64,000 nt of DNA. Source: an uncultured Gemmatimonadales bacterium. Lineage in GTDB: Bacteria; Gemmatimonadota; Gemmatimonadetes; Longimicrobiales; Longimicrobiaceae. A program made the position numbers and the translations under genes. The stretch spans positions 7,808,001 to 7,872,000 of the forward strand of contig OY970303.1 of the NCBI GenBank assembly GCA_963716255.1. The letters are read 5' to 3'. Shown piece by piece: positions 45,417 to 54,522 of this stretch (position 1 is its first letter; the number at the start of each line of letters is the position of its first letter). The notes beneath the pieces were generated by a model. It saw only the letters and a list, made by a program, of their open reading frames with translations. It searched no databases and was not told the DNA's origin.

Positions 45417-48400
45417 ATGCGACTGATCCGGAACAGCGGCGACGACCGCGTCGTCGATGTGCTGCGTGCGTCCCTCACTCAAGAATCCTCCCTCGACATC
45501 GCTTCGGCAGGCCTGTCTCTCTTCGGGTTCGCGGAGCTGAGCTCGGTCCTCGAGGAGTTGGAGGGCTGCCGGCTGGTCCTCCCTGCTGTGGAGCAGGATG
45601 ACGTGGACCTGCTGGGCGCGGATGGCGACCGCTCGTTCCGGAATCGCCTGCAGATCCGCTGGCTAGCCCGCCTGTTGGCCGGCTGGGTGGAGCGCAGGGC
45701 GGACGTTCGGAGCGCACCGGAGCTTCCGCAGTCCACGTTCATCGTGAGGCGCGCCAACGGTTCCGAGGGGCGGGGGATCACGGGAGCCTGCGCGTTCACC
45801 AGCGACGGGCTGGGGCTCACCCCCGGAGCCCAGTTCGGTCTCATCCAGTGCTCGGAGAGCGCCGAGGAACTGGAGATGCTGAGCGCCTGGTTTTCTTCGA
45901 TGTGGAGCAGCCTGCCGGCGACTCCGTCCGCCAAGAACGCGCTCCTCTCCCGGCTCAATGAGTTGGCGGAGCACAAGCCGCCCGCGCTCATCTACTATCT
46001 CACCCTCTACCACCTGTTCAAGGATCTCGGGGACGAGCTGGACGAGGAGCGGATCGTCAAGTCGGGCACGGGGATCCGCGACACCATGGTCTGGCGGAGG
46101 CTCTACAAGTTCCAGCGCGACGCGGTGGTGGGCGCGATCGACAAGCTGGAGCGCCTCGGTGGATGTATCATCGCGGATAGCGTCGGCCTCGGTAAGACGT
46201 TCGAGGGGTTGGCCGTCATCAAGTACTACGAGCTTCGCAACGACCGGGTACTCGTCCTGTGCCCGAAGCGCCTCCGCGACAACTGGACACTCTACAAGGC
46301 GAACGACCGCCGGAACGTGCTCGCGGCGGACCGCTTCCACTACGACGTGCTGAACCACACCGACCTGTCGCGGGACGGCGGCATGTCCGGAGACATCGAC
46401 CTGTCGCACGTCAACTGGGGGAACTATGACCTGGTCGTGATCGACGAGTCCCACAACTTCCGCAACAAGGCAACGCACCGGGACCGGGACACCCGTTACG
46501 ACCACCTGATGAAGCGCATCATCAGGGCGGGGGTGAAGACCAAGGTGCTCATGCTCTCGGCGACGCCGGTCAACAACCGCCTGGCGGACCTGAAGAACCA
46601 GATCGCCTTCGCCACCGAGGCGGACGACACGGCGCTGGCGGCGCATGGGATCCCCAGCATCGAGACCACGGTGCGGCGCGCCCAGCTCCAGTTCAACCGC
46701 TGGCTCAACCTCGACCGGGAGGAGCGCACCTCGGCGCGGCTCATGGAGCTGCTCGGGTTCGACTACTTCAAACTGCTGGACCTCCTCACCATCGCCCGCT
46801 CCCGTAAGCACATTCAGAAGTACTACGGCACAGGCGAGACCGGCGAGTTCCCGGAGAGGCGCAAGCCCATCAACATCAAGGCTGACGTGGACCTCGCGGC
46901 GGAGTTCCCGCTGATCCGCGACATCAACAACGAGATCCGCCGCCTGACGCTCGCCGCGTATGCGCCGCTGCGCTACGTCCTGCCCCACAAGCAGAAAGCG
47001 TACGACGAGAAGTACAGCACGCTGGTTCGCGGCGGCGAGAGTGTCTTCCGGCAGGTGGACCGCGAGGAGAGCATGGTGCACCTGCTGCGGGTGAACGTGC
47101 TCAAGCGGATGGAGAGCTCGGTCACCTCGTTCGCCCTGACGCTGAAGCGCCAGCTCGCGGACGTGGAGGGGCTGCTCGCCCAGCTCGACGCGCACGAGGA
47201 TTCGGTCGAGGAGATCGACATCAGCGACGTGGAGGTGGACGATCCCGCCTTCGAGACGCTCCTCGTGGGAACCAAGGTGAAGGTGCTGCTCCAGGACGTG
47301 GATCGCGTCCGCTGGAGCCAGGACCTGACTGCGGACCGCGACCGGCTCGCGACCCTGCTCTCCGCGGCCCGCGAGATCGGTCCGGAGCGGGATGCCAAGC
47401 TGAACGACCTGCGCGAGGTAATCGCCGGGAAGTGCCGCGACCCGCTCAACCCCGGGAACCGCAAGGTGCTGGTGTTCACGGCGTTCGCCGACACCGCGGA
47501 GTACCTGTACCGGGAGCTGGCGGGGTGGGCGCACAGCGAATGGGGGATCCACTCGGCGCTCGTGACGGGCGCGGGACGGAACCGTACGTCGGTGCCCGGG
47601 CTGCGCAAGGACCTGGCGAGCATCCTCACCACCTTCTCGCCGCGCTCCAAGGAGCGGCCGGCGGAGCTGGCGGACGAGGCGGAGATCGACCTGCTGATCG
47701 CCACGGACTGCATCTCGGAGGGGCAGAACCTCCAGGACTGCGACTTCCTGGTGAACTACGACATCCACTGGAACCCGGTGCGGATCATCCAGCGCTTCGG
47801 ACGGGTGGACCGCATCGGCTCGCCGAACGCCTGCGTACAGCTGGTGAACTTCTGGCCCAACATGGAACTGGAGGAATACATCAACCTGGAGCAGCGGGTC
47901 AGCGGCCGAATGGTGCTTCTGGACGTCTCGGCGACCGGCGAGGAGAACCTGATCGAGCAGGAGTCCGGCAACCAGATGAACGACCTGGAGTACCGCCGGG
48001 AACAGCTCCAGAAGATGCAGGACGCGGTGATCGACCTGGAGGACCTGTCCAGCGGGGTATCCATCGCGGACCTGACGCTGAACGACTTCCGCGTGGAGCT
48101 GGCTCGCTTCCTGGCCGAGGATCCGGACCGCCTGGAGCGGCTGCCGCTGGGGACGATGGCGGTGACCACCACGGCCGGATCCGAGGACGCGGGGATCCCG
48201 CCCGGCGTCGTATTTTGCCTGCGTGCCGTCGGGGTGGCGGCTGAAGCCGCCGCCGAGCCGGGCTACCCCCTGGCGCCGCATTACCTGGTGCACGTGGGCG
48301 AGGACGGCTCGGTGCTGCTTCCGTTCACCCAGGCAAAGCAGATCCTCGACCGGCTGAAGAAGCTGACCATCGGCCGGGACCTCCCTGACGCGGGGGCGTG

Positions 48401-48632
48401 CCGGCGCTTCGGCCGGGCCACCCGGGACGGGCAGGACATGGCGGCGGTCCAGCGGCTCCTGGCACGCGCGGTGGGCTCAGTGGTCGGGCGGAAGGAGGAG
48501 CGCGCGGTGGCCAGCCTGTTCTCCCCCGGGGGGACGCACGCCATCCGGGGCGAGTTTCGGGGGACGGACGACTTCGAGGTGGTGGCCTTTCTGGTGGTGC
48601 TGCCGGAGGAGGAGGCACCGGCGGCCACATGA
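45417..48632 (+). CDS. SNF2-like SF2 helicase associated with type III R-M
   Basis: ADSVGLGKT, DESH, SATP, ATDCISEGQNLQ, QRFGRVDR. Confidence 0.9.
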   Translation: MRLIRNSGDDRVVDVLRASLTQESSLDIASAGLSLFGFAELSSVLEELEGCRLVLPAVEQDDVDLLGADGDRSFRNRLQIRWLARLLAGWVERRADVRSAPELPQSTFIVRRANGSEGRGITGACAFTSDGLGLTPGAQFGLIQCSESAEELEMLSAWFSSMWSSLPATPSAKNALLSRLNELAEHKPPALIYYLTLYHLFKDLGDELDEERIVKSGTGIRDTMVWRRLYKFQRDAVVGAIDKLERLGGCIIADSVGLGKTFEGLAVIKYYELRNDRVLVLCPKRLRDNWTLYKANDRRNVLAADRFHYDVLNHTDLSRDGGMSGDIDLSHVNWGNYDLVVIDESHNFRNKATHRDRDTRYDHLMKRIIRAGVKTKVLMLSATPVNNRLADLKNQIAFATEADDTALAAHGIPSIETTVRRAQLQFNRWLNLDREERTSARLMELLGFDYFKLLDLLTIARSRKHIQKYYGTGETGEFPERRKPINIKADVDLAAEFPLIRDINNEIRRLTLAAYAPLRYVLPHKQKAYDEKYSTLVRGGESVFRQVDREESMVHLLRVNVLKRMESSVTSFALTLKRQLADVEGLLAQLDAHEDSVEEIDISDVEVDDPAFETLLVGTKVKVLLQDVDRVRWSQDLTADRDRLATLLSAAREIGPERDAKLNDLREVIAGKCRDPLNPGNRKVLVFTAFADTAEYLYRELAGWAHSEWGIHSALVTGAGRNRTSVPGLRKDLASILTTFSPRSKERPAELADEAEIDLLIATDCISEGQNLQDCDFLVNYDIHWNPVRIIQRFGRVDRIGSPNACVQLVNFWPNMELEEYINLEQRVSGRMVLLDVSATGEENLIEQESGNQMNDLEYRREQLQKMQDAVIDLEDLSSGVSIADLTLNDFRVELARFLAEDPDRLERLPLGTMAVTTTAGSEDAGIPPGVVFCLRAVGVAAEAAAEPGYPLAPHYLVHVGEDGSVLLPFTQAKQILDRLKKLTIGRDLPDAGACRRFGRATRDGQDMAAVQRLLARAVGSVVGRKEERAVASLFSPGGTHAIRGEFRGTDDFEVVAFLVVLPEEEAPAAT

Positions 48633-49387
48633 GCGTGGAGGTGCTCGTGGCGGCGCTGGCGCTCCCCGCGGAGGCGCGGGTGGACCAGCGGGTGCCCAAG
48701 AAGCTGCTGCTGGAAAACGGGGCGCCCACGGCGGCGGACCGGCGGCTGATCCAGGACGGATTGGAGGAGCTGGTCTGGGTGGCGGCCCTCAAGCCTGCGT
48801 CGGCGGGCGTGCCGTCGTATTCCGACGAGATCCGCGAGTACCTGGAGGTCGCCGTGGTCGCGGCGCGGTTGCGGCCGGGGGCGAAAGCGGCCAGGATGGT
48901 GGAGCTGATCCATCGGGCCATTCCCTACCCGCTGGTGCTGCTTGTGGAGAGCGGGGAGGGGACGGCGCTCTCGCTGGCGCACAAGCGCCGCTCGGAGGCG
49001 GAGGCGGACCGCGTGGTTGTGGAGGCGGTGGAGACGACGGCGCCGCTGCGTCCGGACCTGTCAGCCCCCGAAGAGGTCGCCTTCCTGGGAAGCCTGCTGC
49101 TGGCTGCGCAGCCCCGGGGCGACCTGCTCGCACTGTACGAGGGGTGGCGCGGGTGCGTGACGGCGCTCGCCGCGGCGCGGGTGACGGGGAGCTATGCGCC
49201 TTCCCTCTCGCGGGAGCAGACGGCGGCGCGGCGAGCCGCGCTGGACGAGCACGCGCGTCTGCGCCAGGAGGTGGACCGCCTCCGCGCGCAGGCCACGAAA
49301 GAGAAGCAGCTCAGCCGGCTGGTGGAGCTGAACCTGGAGATCCGGCGCCTGGAAGAGCGCATCGGACAACTACAAGCGGAGCTATGA
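48629..49387 (+). CDS. DUF4391-like protein
   Basis: RVPKKLL, LIHRAIPYP, EKQLSRLVELN; sits between helicase and mod with ATGA overlaps. Confidence 0.8.
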   Translation: MSVEVLVAALALPAEARVDQRVPKKLLLENGAPTAADRRLIQDGLEELVWVAALKPASAGVPSYSDEIREYLEVAVVAARLRPGAKAARMVELIHRAIPYPLVLLVESGEGTALSLAHKRRSEAEADRVVVEAVETTAPLRPDLSAPEEVAFLGSLLLAAQPRGDLLALYEGWRGCVTALAAARVTGSYAPSLSREQTAARRAALDEHARLRQEVDRLRAQATKEKQLSRLVELNLEIRRLEERIGQLQAEL

Positions 49388-51306
49388 GGACCACGATCAG
49401 TGCGATACAGAAGCTGACGGCTGGAGATCCTGAGACCCGGAGTGCCGATCTGGTCGCCGGGAACGTCGAGCGGCTTCGAGAGCTGTTCCCCGAGGCGTTC
49501 ACGGAGGACGGGATCGACTTCGAGGTCCTGAAGCAGCTGCTCGGCGGGCAGGTGAACGAGCGCGACGAGAAGTACGGCCTCAACTGGCACGGCAAGCGCC
49601 AGGCACGCCAGCTCGCGCTCTCGCCTTCTTTGGGCACGCTGAGGCCCGCACCGGAGGAGAGCGTGGACTGGGAGACCACGCAGAATCTGATGATCGAAGG
49701 TGACAACCTGGAGGTGCTCAAGCTTCTCCAGAAGAGCTATGCACGAAAAGTAAAGCTGATCTACATCGATCCACCGTACAACACCGGGAAAGATTTCATC
49801 TTTCCTGACGATTTCCGAGACAGCATCAAGAACTATCACGAGACTACAAGGCAAGTCGGTGAGGGTGGCCGGAAGCTCTCTTCGAATACTGAAGCTTCGG
49901 GTCGCTTCCACACCGATTGGCTGAACATGATGTACCCGCGGCTGAAGCTCGCGCACAGCCTTCTAGAAGATCATGGCGTCATCTTCATCAGCATTGACGA
50001 TAACGAGGTACAGAATCTTCGCGCCATCTGTGATGAGGTTTTTGGCGATGAGAACTTCATCGCGACAGTGATTTGGCAGAAGGTATATTCGCCCAAAAAT
50101 TCGGCGCGTCACTTTTCAGAGGATCATGACTATGTGGTCGTATACGCGCGGAATGCCGAGGTTTGGACACCCAAGCTGTTAGCAAGAACTGCAGAAATGG
50201 AGGCCCGCTACGAGAATCCTGACAATGATCCGCGTGGACCTTGGAAACCGGCTGATCTGTCAGCCAGAAACTATTATGGTGAAGGAACCTATGCTCTTAC
50301 CTGTCCCTCTGGCCGCGTTATTCAGGGACCGCCTGCAGGGCGTTATTGGGCAGTTTCTAAGACGAAGTTTGACGAATTAAATCACGACAGGCGGATCTGG
50401 TGGGGCAGAGATGGCAACAATGCACCTGCTGTAAAGCGTTTTCTATCTGAGGTTAAAGATGGTCGCGTTCCACAAACGCTTTGGTTCTACAAGGACGCTG
50501 GGCACAACCAAGAAGGTAAGAAAGAGTTGATTGAGGCACTGCCCTTCGTGAATTCAGACGACGTGTTCGAAACTCCGAAGCCAACGCGCCTGATACGCCA
50601 GATCCTTGAAGTGGCGACTAGCTCTTCCGAGCGAGATCTCGTAGTGGACTTTTTTGCTGGCAGCGGAACCACGGCGCATGCAGTTCTCGCACAGAACGTC
50701 GCCGATGACGGGAATCGCCGTTTCATCTGCGTTCAGCTACCGTGGGAGCTTCCTGGTGCCGCCGTGCTCAAGGATGGAACGCGTTTACTTGATCTCGCAG
50801 ATATCACAAGAGAGCGGGTCAGCCGGGTCAGCGCGAAGATCCGCGCCGAAAACCCCGAACTCGGGGGGGGTGACCTCGGATTCCGCGTCTTCAAGCTGGA
50901 CAGCAGCAACATCCGGGCGTGGGAGCCGGATCCGGACGATCTGGAGGGGACGCTGCTCGACAACGTGGAGCACATCATGCCGGACCGGAGCGAGCAGGAC
51001 GTGCTCTACGAGCTGCTGCTGAAGCTGGGCCTGGACCTCTGCGTGCCGATCGAGGAGAGGACCATCGCCGGGAAGACGGTGCACAGCATCGGCGGCGGCG
51101 TGCTGCTGGCCTGCCTGACCGAGCAGATCGGCCGCGACGAGGTGGAGCCGCTGGCGGAGGGGATCGTGGCATGGCAACGGGAGCTGGCGCCGGCTGGAGA
51201 CGTGACCTGCGTCTTCCGCGACAGCGCCTTCGCAGACGATGTCGCCAAGGCCAACCTCGCGGCGATCCTCGACCAGCACGGGCTGAAGAACGTCCGGAGT
51301 TTGTGA
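49384..51306 (+). CDS. mod: Type III R-M DNA methyltransferase (Mod)
   Basis: YGLNWHGK, IEGDNLEVLK, IYIDPPYNTG, DFFAGSGTT. Confidence 0.95.
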   Translation: MRTTISAIQKLTAGDPETRSADLVAGNVERLRELFPEAFTEDGIDFEVLKQLLGGQVNERDEKYGLNWHGKRQARQLALSPSLGTLRPAPEESVDWETTQNLMIEGDNLEVLKLLQKSYARKVKLIYIDPPYNTGKDFIFPDDFRDSIKNYHETTRQVGEGGRKLSSNTEASGRFHTDWLNMMYPRLKLAHSLLEDHGVIFISIDDNEVQNLRAICDEVFGDENFIATVIWQKVYSPKNSARHFSEDHDYVVVYARNAEVWTPKLLARTAEMEARYENPDNDPRGPWKPADLSARNYYGEGTYALTCPSGRVIQGPPAGRYWAVSKTKFDELNHDRRIWWGRDGNNAPAVKRFLSEVKDGRVPQTLWFYKDAGHNQEGKKELIEALPFVNSDDVFETPKPTRLIRQILEVATSSSERDLVVDFFAGSGTTAHAVLAQNVADDGNRRFICVQLPWELPGAAVLKDGTRLLDLADITRERVSRVSAKIRAENPELGGGDLGFRVFKLDSSNIRAWEPDPDDLEGTLLDNVEHIMPDRSEQDVLYELLLKLGLDLCVPIEERTIAGKTVHSIGGGVLLACLTEQIGRDEVEPLAEGIVAWQRELAPAGDVTCVFRDSAFADDVAKANLAAILDQHGLKNVRSL

Positions 51307-54299
51307 TGCCGATGAAACTGCACTTCGAGCCGGACCTCCCCTACCAGCATCAGGCCATCGAAGCCGTCTGCGACCTGTTCCGCGGGCAGGAGATCTGCCG
51401 CACGGAGTTCACCGTCACGCGCGACGCGCTGGGTGGCCAGCACGCGCTCGCCTTCGCGCAGAGCGACCTGGGCGTGGGCAACCGGCTGACCCTGCTGGAC
51501 GATGAGGTGCACGCAAACCTCAAGGACGTCCAGGTCCGGAACGGCCTGGCGCCCTCGCCCTCCCTCGTCTCCGGCGACTTCACCGTGGAGATGGAGACCG
51601 GCACCGGAAAGACCTACGTCTACCTGCGCACCATCTTCGAGCTGAACAAGCGATACGGCTTCACCAAGTTCGTGGTCGTGGTCCCGAGTGTGGCCATCAA
51701 GGAGGGCGTCTACAAGTCGCTCCAGATCATGGAGGACCACTTCCGGGGCCTGTACGCCGGCGTCCCCTTCGAGTTCTTCCAGTACGACTCGTCCAAGCTG
51801 GGACAGGTGCGCAACTTCGCCACCAGTTCGCACATCCAGGTGATGGTGGCCACCGTCGGCGCCATCAACAAGAAGGATGTCAACAACCTCTACAAGGACA
51901 GCGAGAAGACTGGCGGCGAGAGGCCTATCGACCTGATCCGTGCGACGCGGCCGATCCTGATCGTAGACGAGCCTCAGAGCGTGGACGGCGGTCTGGAAGG
52001 GCGTGGAAGGGAAGCGCTAGGTGCCATGGACCCGCTGTGTACTCTGCGCTACTCCGCGACGCACGCGGACAAGCATCATATGGTGTACCGGTTGGATGCG
52101 ATCGACGCCTACGAGCGCCACTTGGTGAAACGGATCGACGTCGCCTCGGCCACCGTGTCGGCCGCGTTCAACAAGCCGTACGTGCGCTTCGTCGCGCCGG
52201 TCACGCGCGGAAAGAGCATCGCCGGTGCCCGTGTCGAGTTGGATGTCGAAAGGGGCGGCAGGGTGCGCCGTCAAGAAGTGACTGTGCAGGACGGAGACAT
52301 GCTGGACCTTACCACCAGTCGCGACGTCTACCGGGACTGCCGCATCGGGGAGATCAACGCTCGCAAGGGCAGCGAGTTCATGGAGCTGCGCGTGCCCGGC
52401 GGTGAGCACTACCTCCGGATCGGCGAGGCGTGGGGCGACGTGGACCCCCTGGCAGTGCAGCGGCAGATGATCCGCCGCACCATTCAGGAGCACCTCGAAA
52501 AGGAAAAGCGGCTGCGGCCGCAGGGAATCAAGGTGCTCAGCCTCTTCTTCATCGACTCGGTGGAGAAGTACCGCCAGTACGACGAGGAAGGGAATCCGGT
52601 CAAGGGGCCCTACGCCACCATCTTCGAGGAAGAGTACCGGCGGCTGGCGAACCACCCGGACTACTGCACGCTGTTCGAGGAGGTGGACCTCAGCCGCGCG
52701 GCCGGGGAAGTGCATAACGGCTACTTCTCCATCGACAAGAAAGGTACGTGGACCGACACGGCCGAAAACAACCAGTCGAGCCGGGACAGCGCGGAGCGGG
52801 CGTATAACCTCATCATGAAGGAAAAAGAGCGGCTGCTCAGCATGGAGACGCCGCTGAAATTCATCTTCTCCCACTCCGCGCTGCGCGAGGGGTGGGACAA
52901 TCCCAACGTCTTTCAGATCTGCACGCTGCGCGACATCCAGAGCGAGCGCGAGCGGCGCCAGACCATAGGGCGCGGGCTGCGCCTGTGCGTCAACCAGCAG
53001 GGCGAGCGGGTGCGGGGCTTCGAGGTCAACACCCTCACGGTCATCGCCACCGAGAGCTACGAGCAGTTCGCCGAAGGATTGCAGCGCGAGTTGGAAGATC
53101 CGCAGACCGGGATCGGGATCCGCTTCGGCGTGGTGGAGCCCCACCAGTTCGCGACCATACCCGTGCTCACCGAGGATGGACGCACGTTGCCGCTGGGGGT
53201 GGAGCAGTCCAAGGTGATCTGGGAGCACCTCAAGGCCGCGGGGCTGGTGGATGCGAGGGGGAAGGTGCAGGATGCGCTCCGGCAGGCGCTCAAGGACGAC
53301 ACGCTCACCGTGCCGGAAGCCCTCACGGCTCAGCTGCCGCAGATCAAGGAAGTGCTGCGCAAGCTGGCGGGCCGCCTTGAGATTCGGAACGCGGACGAGC
53401 GCCGCCCTGTGCGTCCGCGCGAGGCAGTGCTCCACAGCCCCGAGTTCCTGGCCCTGTGGGACCGGATCAAGCAGAAGACCACCTATCGTGTGGACTTCGA
53501 CAACGGGAAGCTGATCAAGTGTTGCATCGAGGCCCTCAGGGACGCGCCGCCCATCACCCGCGCACGGTTGCAGTGGCGCAGGGCGGACATCGCCATCGGC
53601 AGGGCGGGCGTGGAGGCCACAGAGCGCGAGGGCGCGTCACAGGTGACGCTGGATGAAGGAGACATCCAGCTCCCGGACCTGCTCACGGTGCTCCAGGACC
53701 GCACGCAGCTCACCCGGCGGACCCTCCAGCGAATCCTCTCGGCAAGCGAGCGCCTGGACGACTTCAAGCGCAACCCGCAGCAGTTCATCGAGCTGGCGGC
53801 GGAGGCCATCAACCGAAACAAGCGCATGGCCCTTGTGGACGGCATCCGCTACAGGCGCCTGGACGGCGAAGAGTACTACCTCCAGGAGCTGTTCGAGCGG
53901 GAGGAGCTGACCGGCTACATGAAGAACATGCTCGAAGACACCCGGAAGTCTGTGTACGAGCACGTCGTCTACGACTCGGATACGGAGCGCGCCTTCGCCG
54001 ACGATCTGGAAAAGAACAGCGCCGTAAAGGTGTACGCCAAGCTCCCGGCGCGGTTCAGGGTTCCAACCCCGCTCGGCAGCTACAACCCGGACTGGGCCGT
54101 GGTGGTCGAGCAGGATGGAGCCGAGCGACTCTACTTCGTGGTGGAGACCAAGGGCAGCCTCTTCCTGGATGACCTCCGGGGCAAGGAGGACTCGAAGATC
54201 AGGTGCGGCGCCGAACACTTCAAGACCATCGCCGTCCGGGAAAGGCCCGCGAAGTACGTCACGGCGCGCGACGTCGACGACCTGATGGCGTACTGCTGA
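51306..54299 (+). CDS. res: Type III R-M restriction endonuclease (Res)
   Basis: EMETGTGKT, DEPQ, YSAT, LREGWDNPNVFQIC, GRGLR, nuclease YNPDW..VETKG. Start 51306 or 51312. Confidence 0.95.
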   Translation: MPMKLHFEPDLPYQHQAIEAVCDLFRGQEICRTEFTVTRDALGGQHALAFAQSDLGVGNRLTLLDDEVHANLKDVQVRNGLAPSPSLVSGDFTVEMETGTGKTYVYLRTIFELNKRYGFTKFVVVVPSVAIKEGVYKSLQIMEDHFRGLYAGVPFEFFQYDSSKLGQVRNFATSSHIQVMVATVGAINKKDVNNLYKDSEKTGGERPIDLIRATRPILIVDEPQSVDGGLEGRGREALGAMDPLCTLRYSATHADKHHMVYRLDAIDAYERHLVKRIDVASATVSAAFNKPYVRFVAPVTRGKSIAGARVELDVERGGRVRRQEVTVQDGDMLDLTTSRDVYRDCRIGEINARKGSEFMELRVPGGEHYLRIGEAWGDVDPLAVQRQMIRRTIQEHLEKEKRLRPQGIKVLSLFFIDSVEKYRQYDEEGNPVKGPYATIFEEEYRRLANHPDYCTLFEEVDLSRAAGEVHNGYFSIDKKGTWTDTAENNQSSRDSAERAYNLIMKEKERLLSMETPLKFIFSHSALREGWDNPNVFQICTLRDIQSERERRQTIGRGLRLCVNQQGERVRGFEVNTLTVIATESYEQFAEGLQRELEDPQTGIGIRFGVVEPHQFATIPVLTEDGRTLPLGVEQSKVIWEHLKAAGLVDARGKVQDALRQALKDDTLTVPEALTAQLPQIKEVLRKLAGRLEIRNADERRPVRPREAVLHSPEFLALWDRIKQKTTYRVDFDNGKLIKCCIEALRDAPPITRARLQWRRADIAIGRAGVEATEREGASQVTLDEGDIQLPDLLTVLQDRTQLTRRTLQRILSASERLDDFKRNPQQFIELAAEAINRNKRMALVDGIRYRRLDGEEYYLQELFEREELTGYMKNMLEDTRKSVYEHVVYDSDTERAFADDLEKNSAVKVYAKLPARFRVPTPLGSYNPDWAVVVEQDGAERLYFVVETKGSLFLDDLRGKEDSKIRCGAEHFKTIAVRERPAKYVTARDVDDLMAYC

Positions 54300-54522
54300 C
54301 CCGCTTACAGGATGTGGGAGCTGGACTCCTCGCATCACGATCCCTTCGACTCACCGTGCACCCTTTGGCATCGGGTTGACGCGCACGGCGCCCGACTCGT
54401 AGCTTGAGGCGGAAAACATACGAGTCCAGGCGTCTCTCTCACGCGACCGGACGGCGTGGGCTCGTCCGCGTCCGGCACCTCCGCCCGGCACCCGGCACAC
54501 CACCGCGCGCAGGCCCTGATCG

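Noticed and set aside
54300..54522. attR duplicate of the tRNA 3' end, or an integrase, bounding the defence block
   Set aside because: No copy of the tRNA 3' sequence and no recombinase found by eye, so it is not called an intact mobile element.
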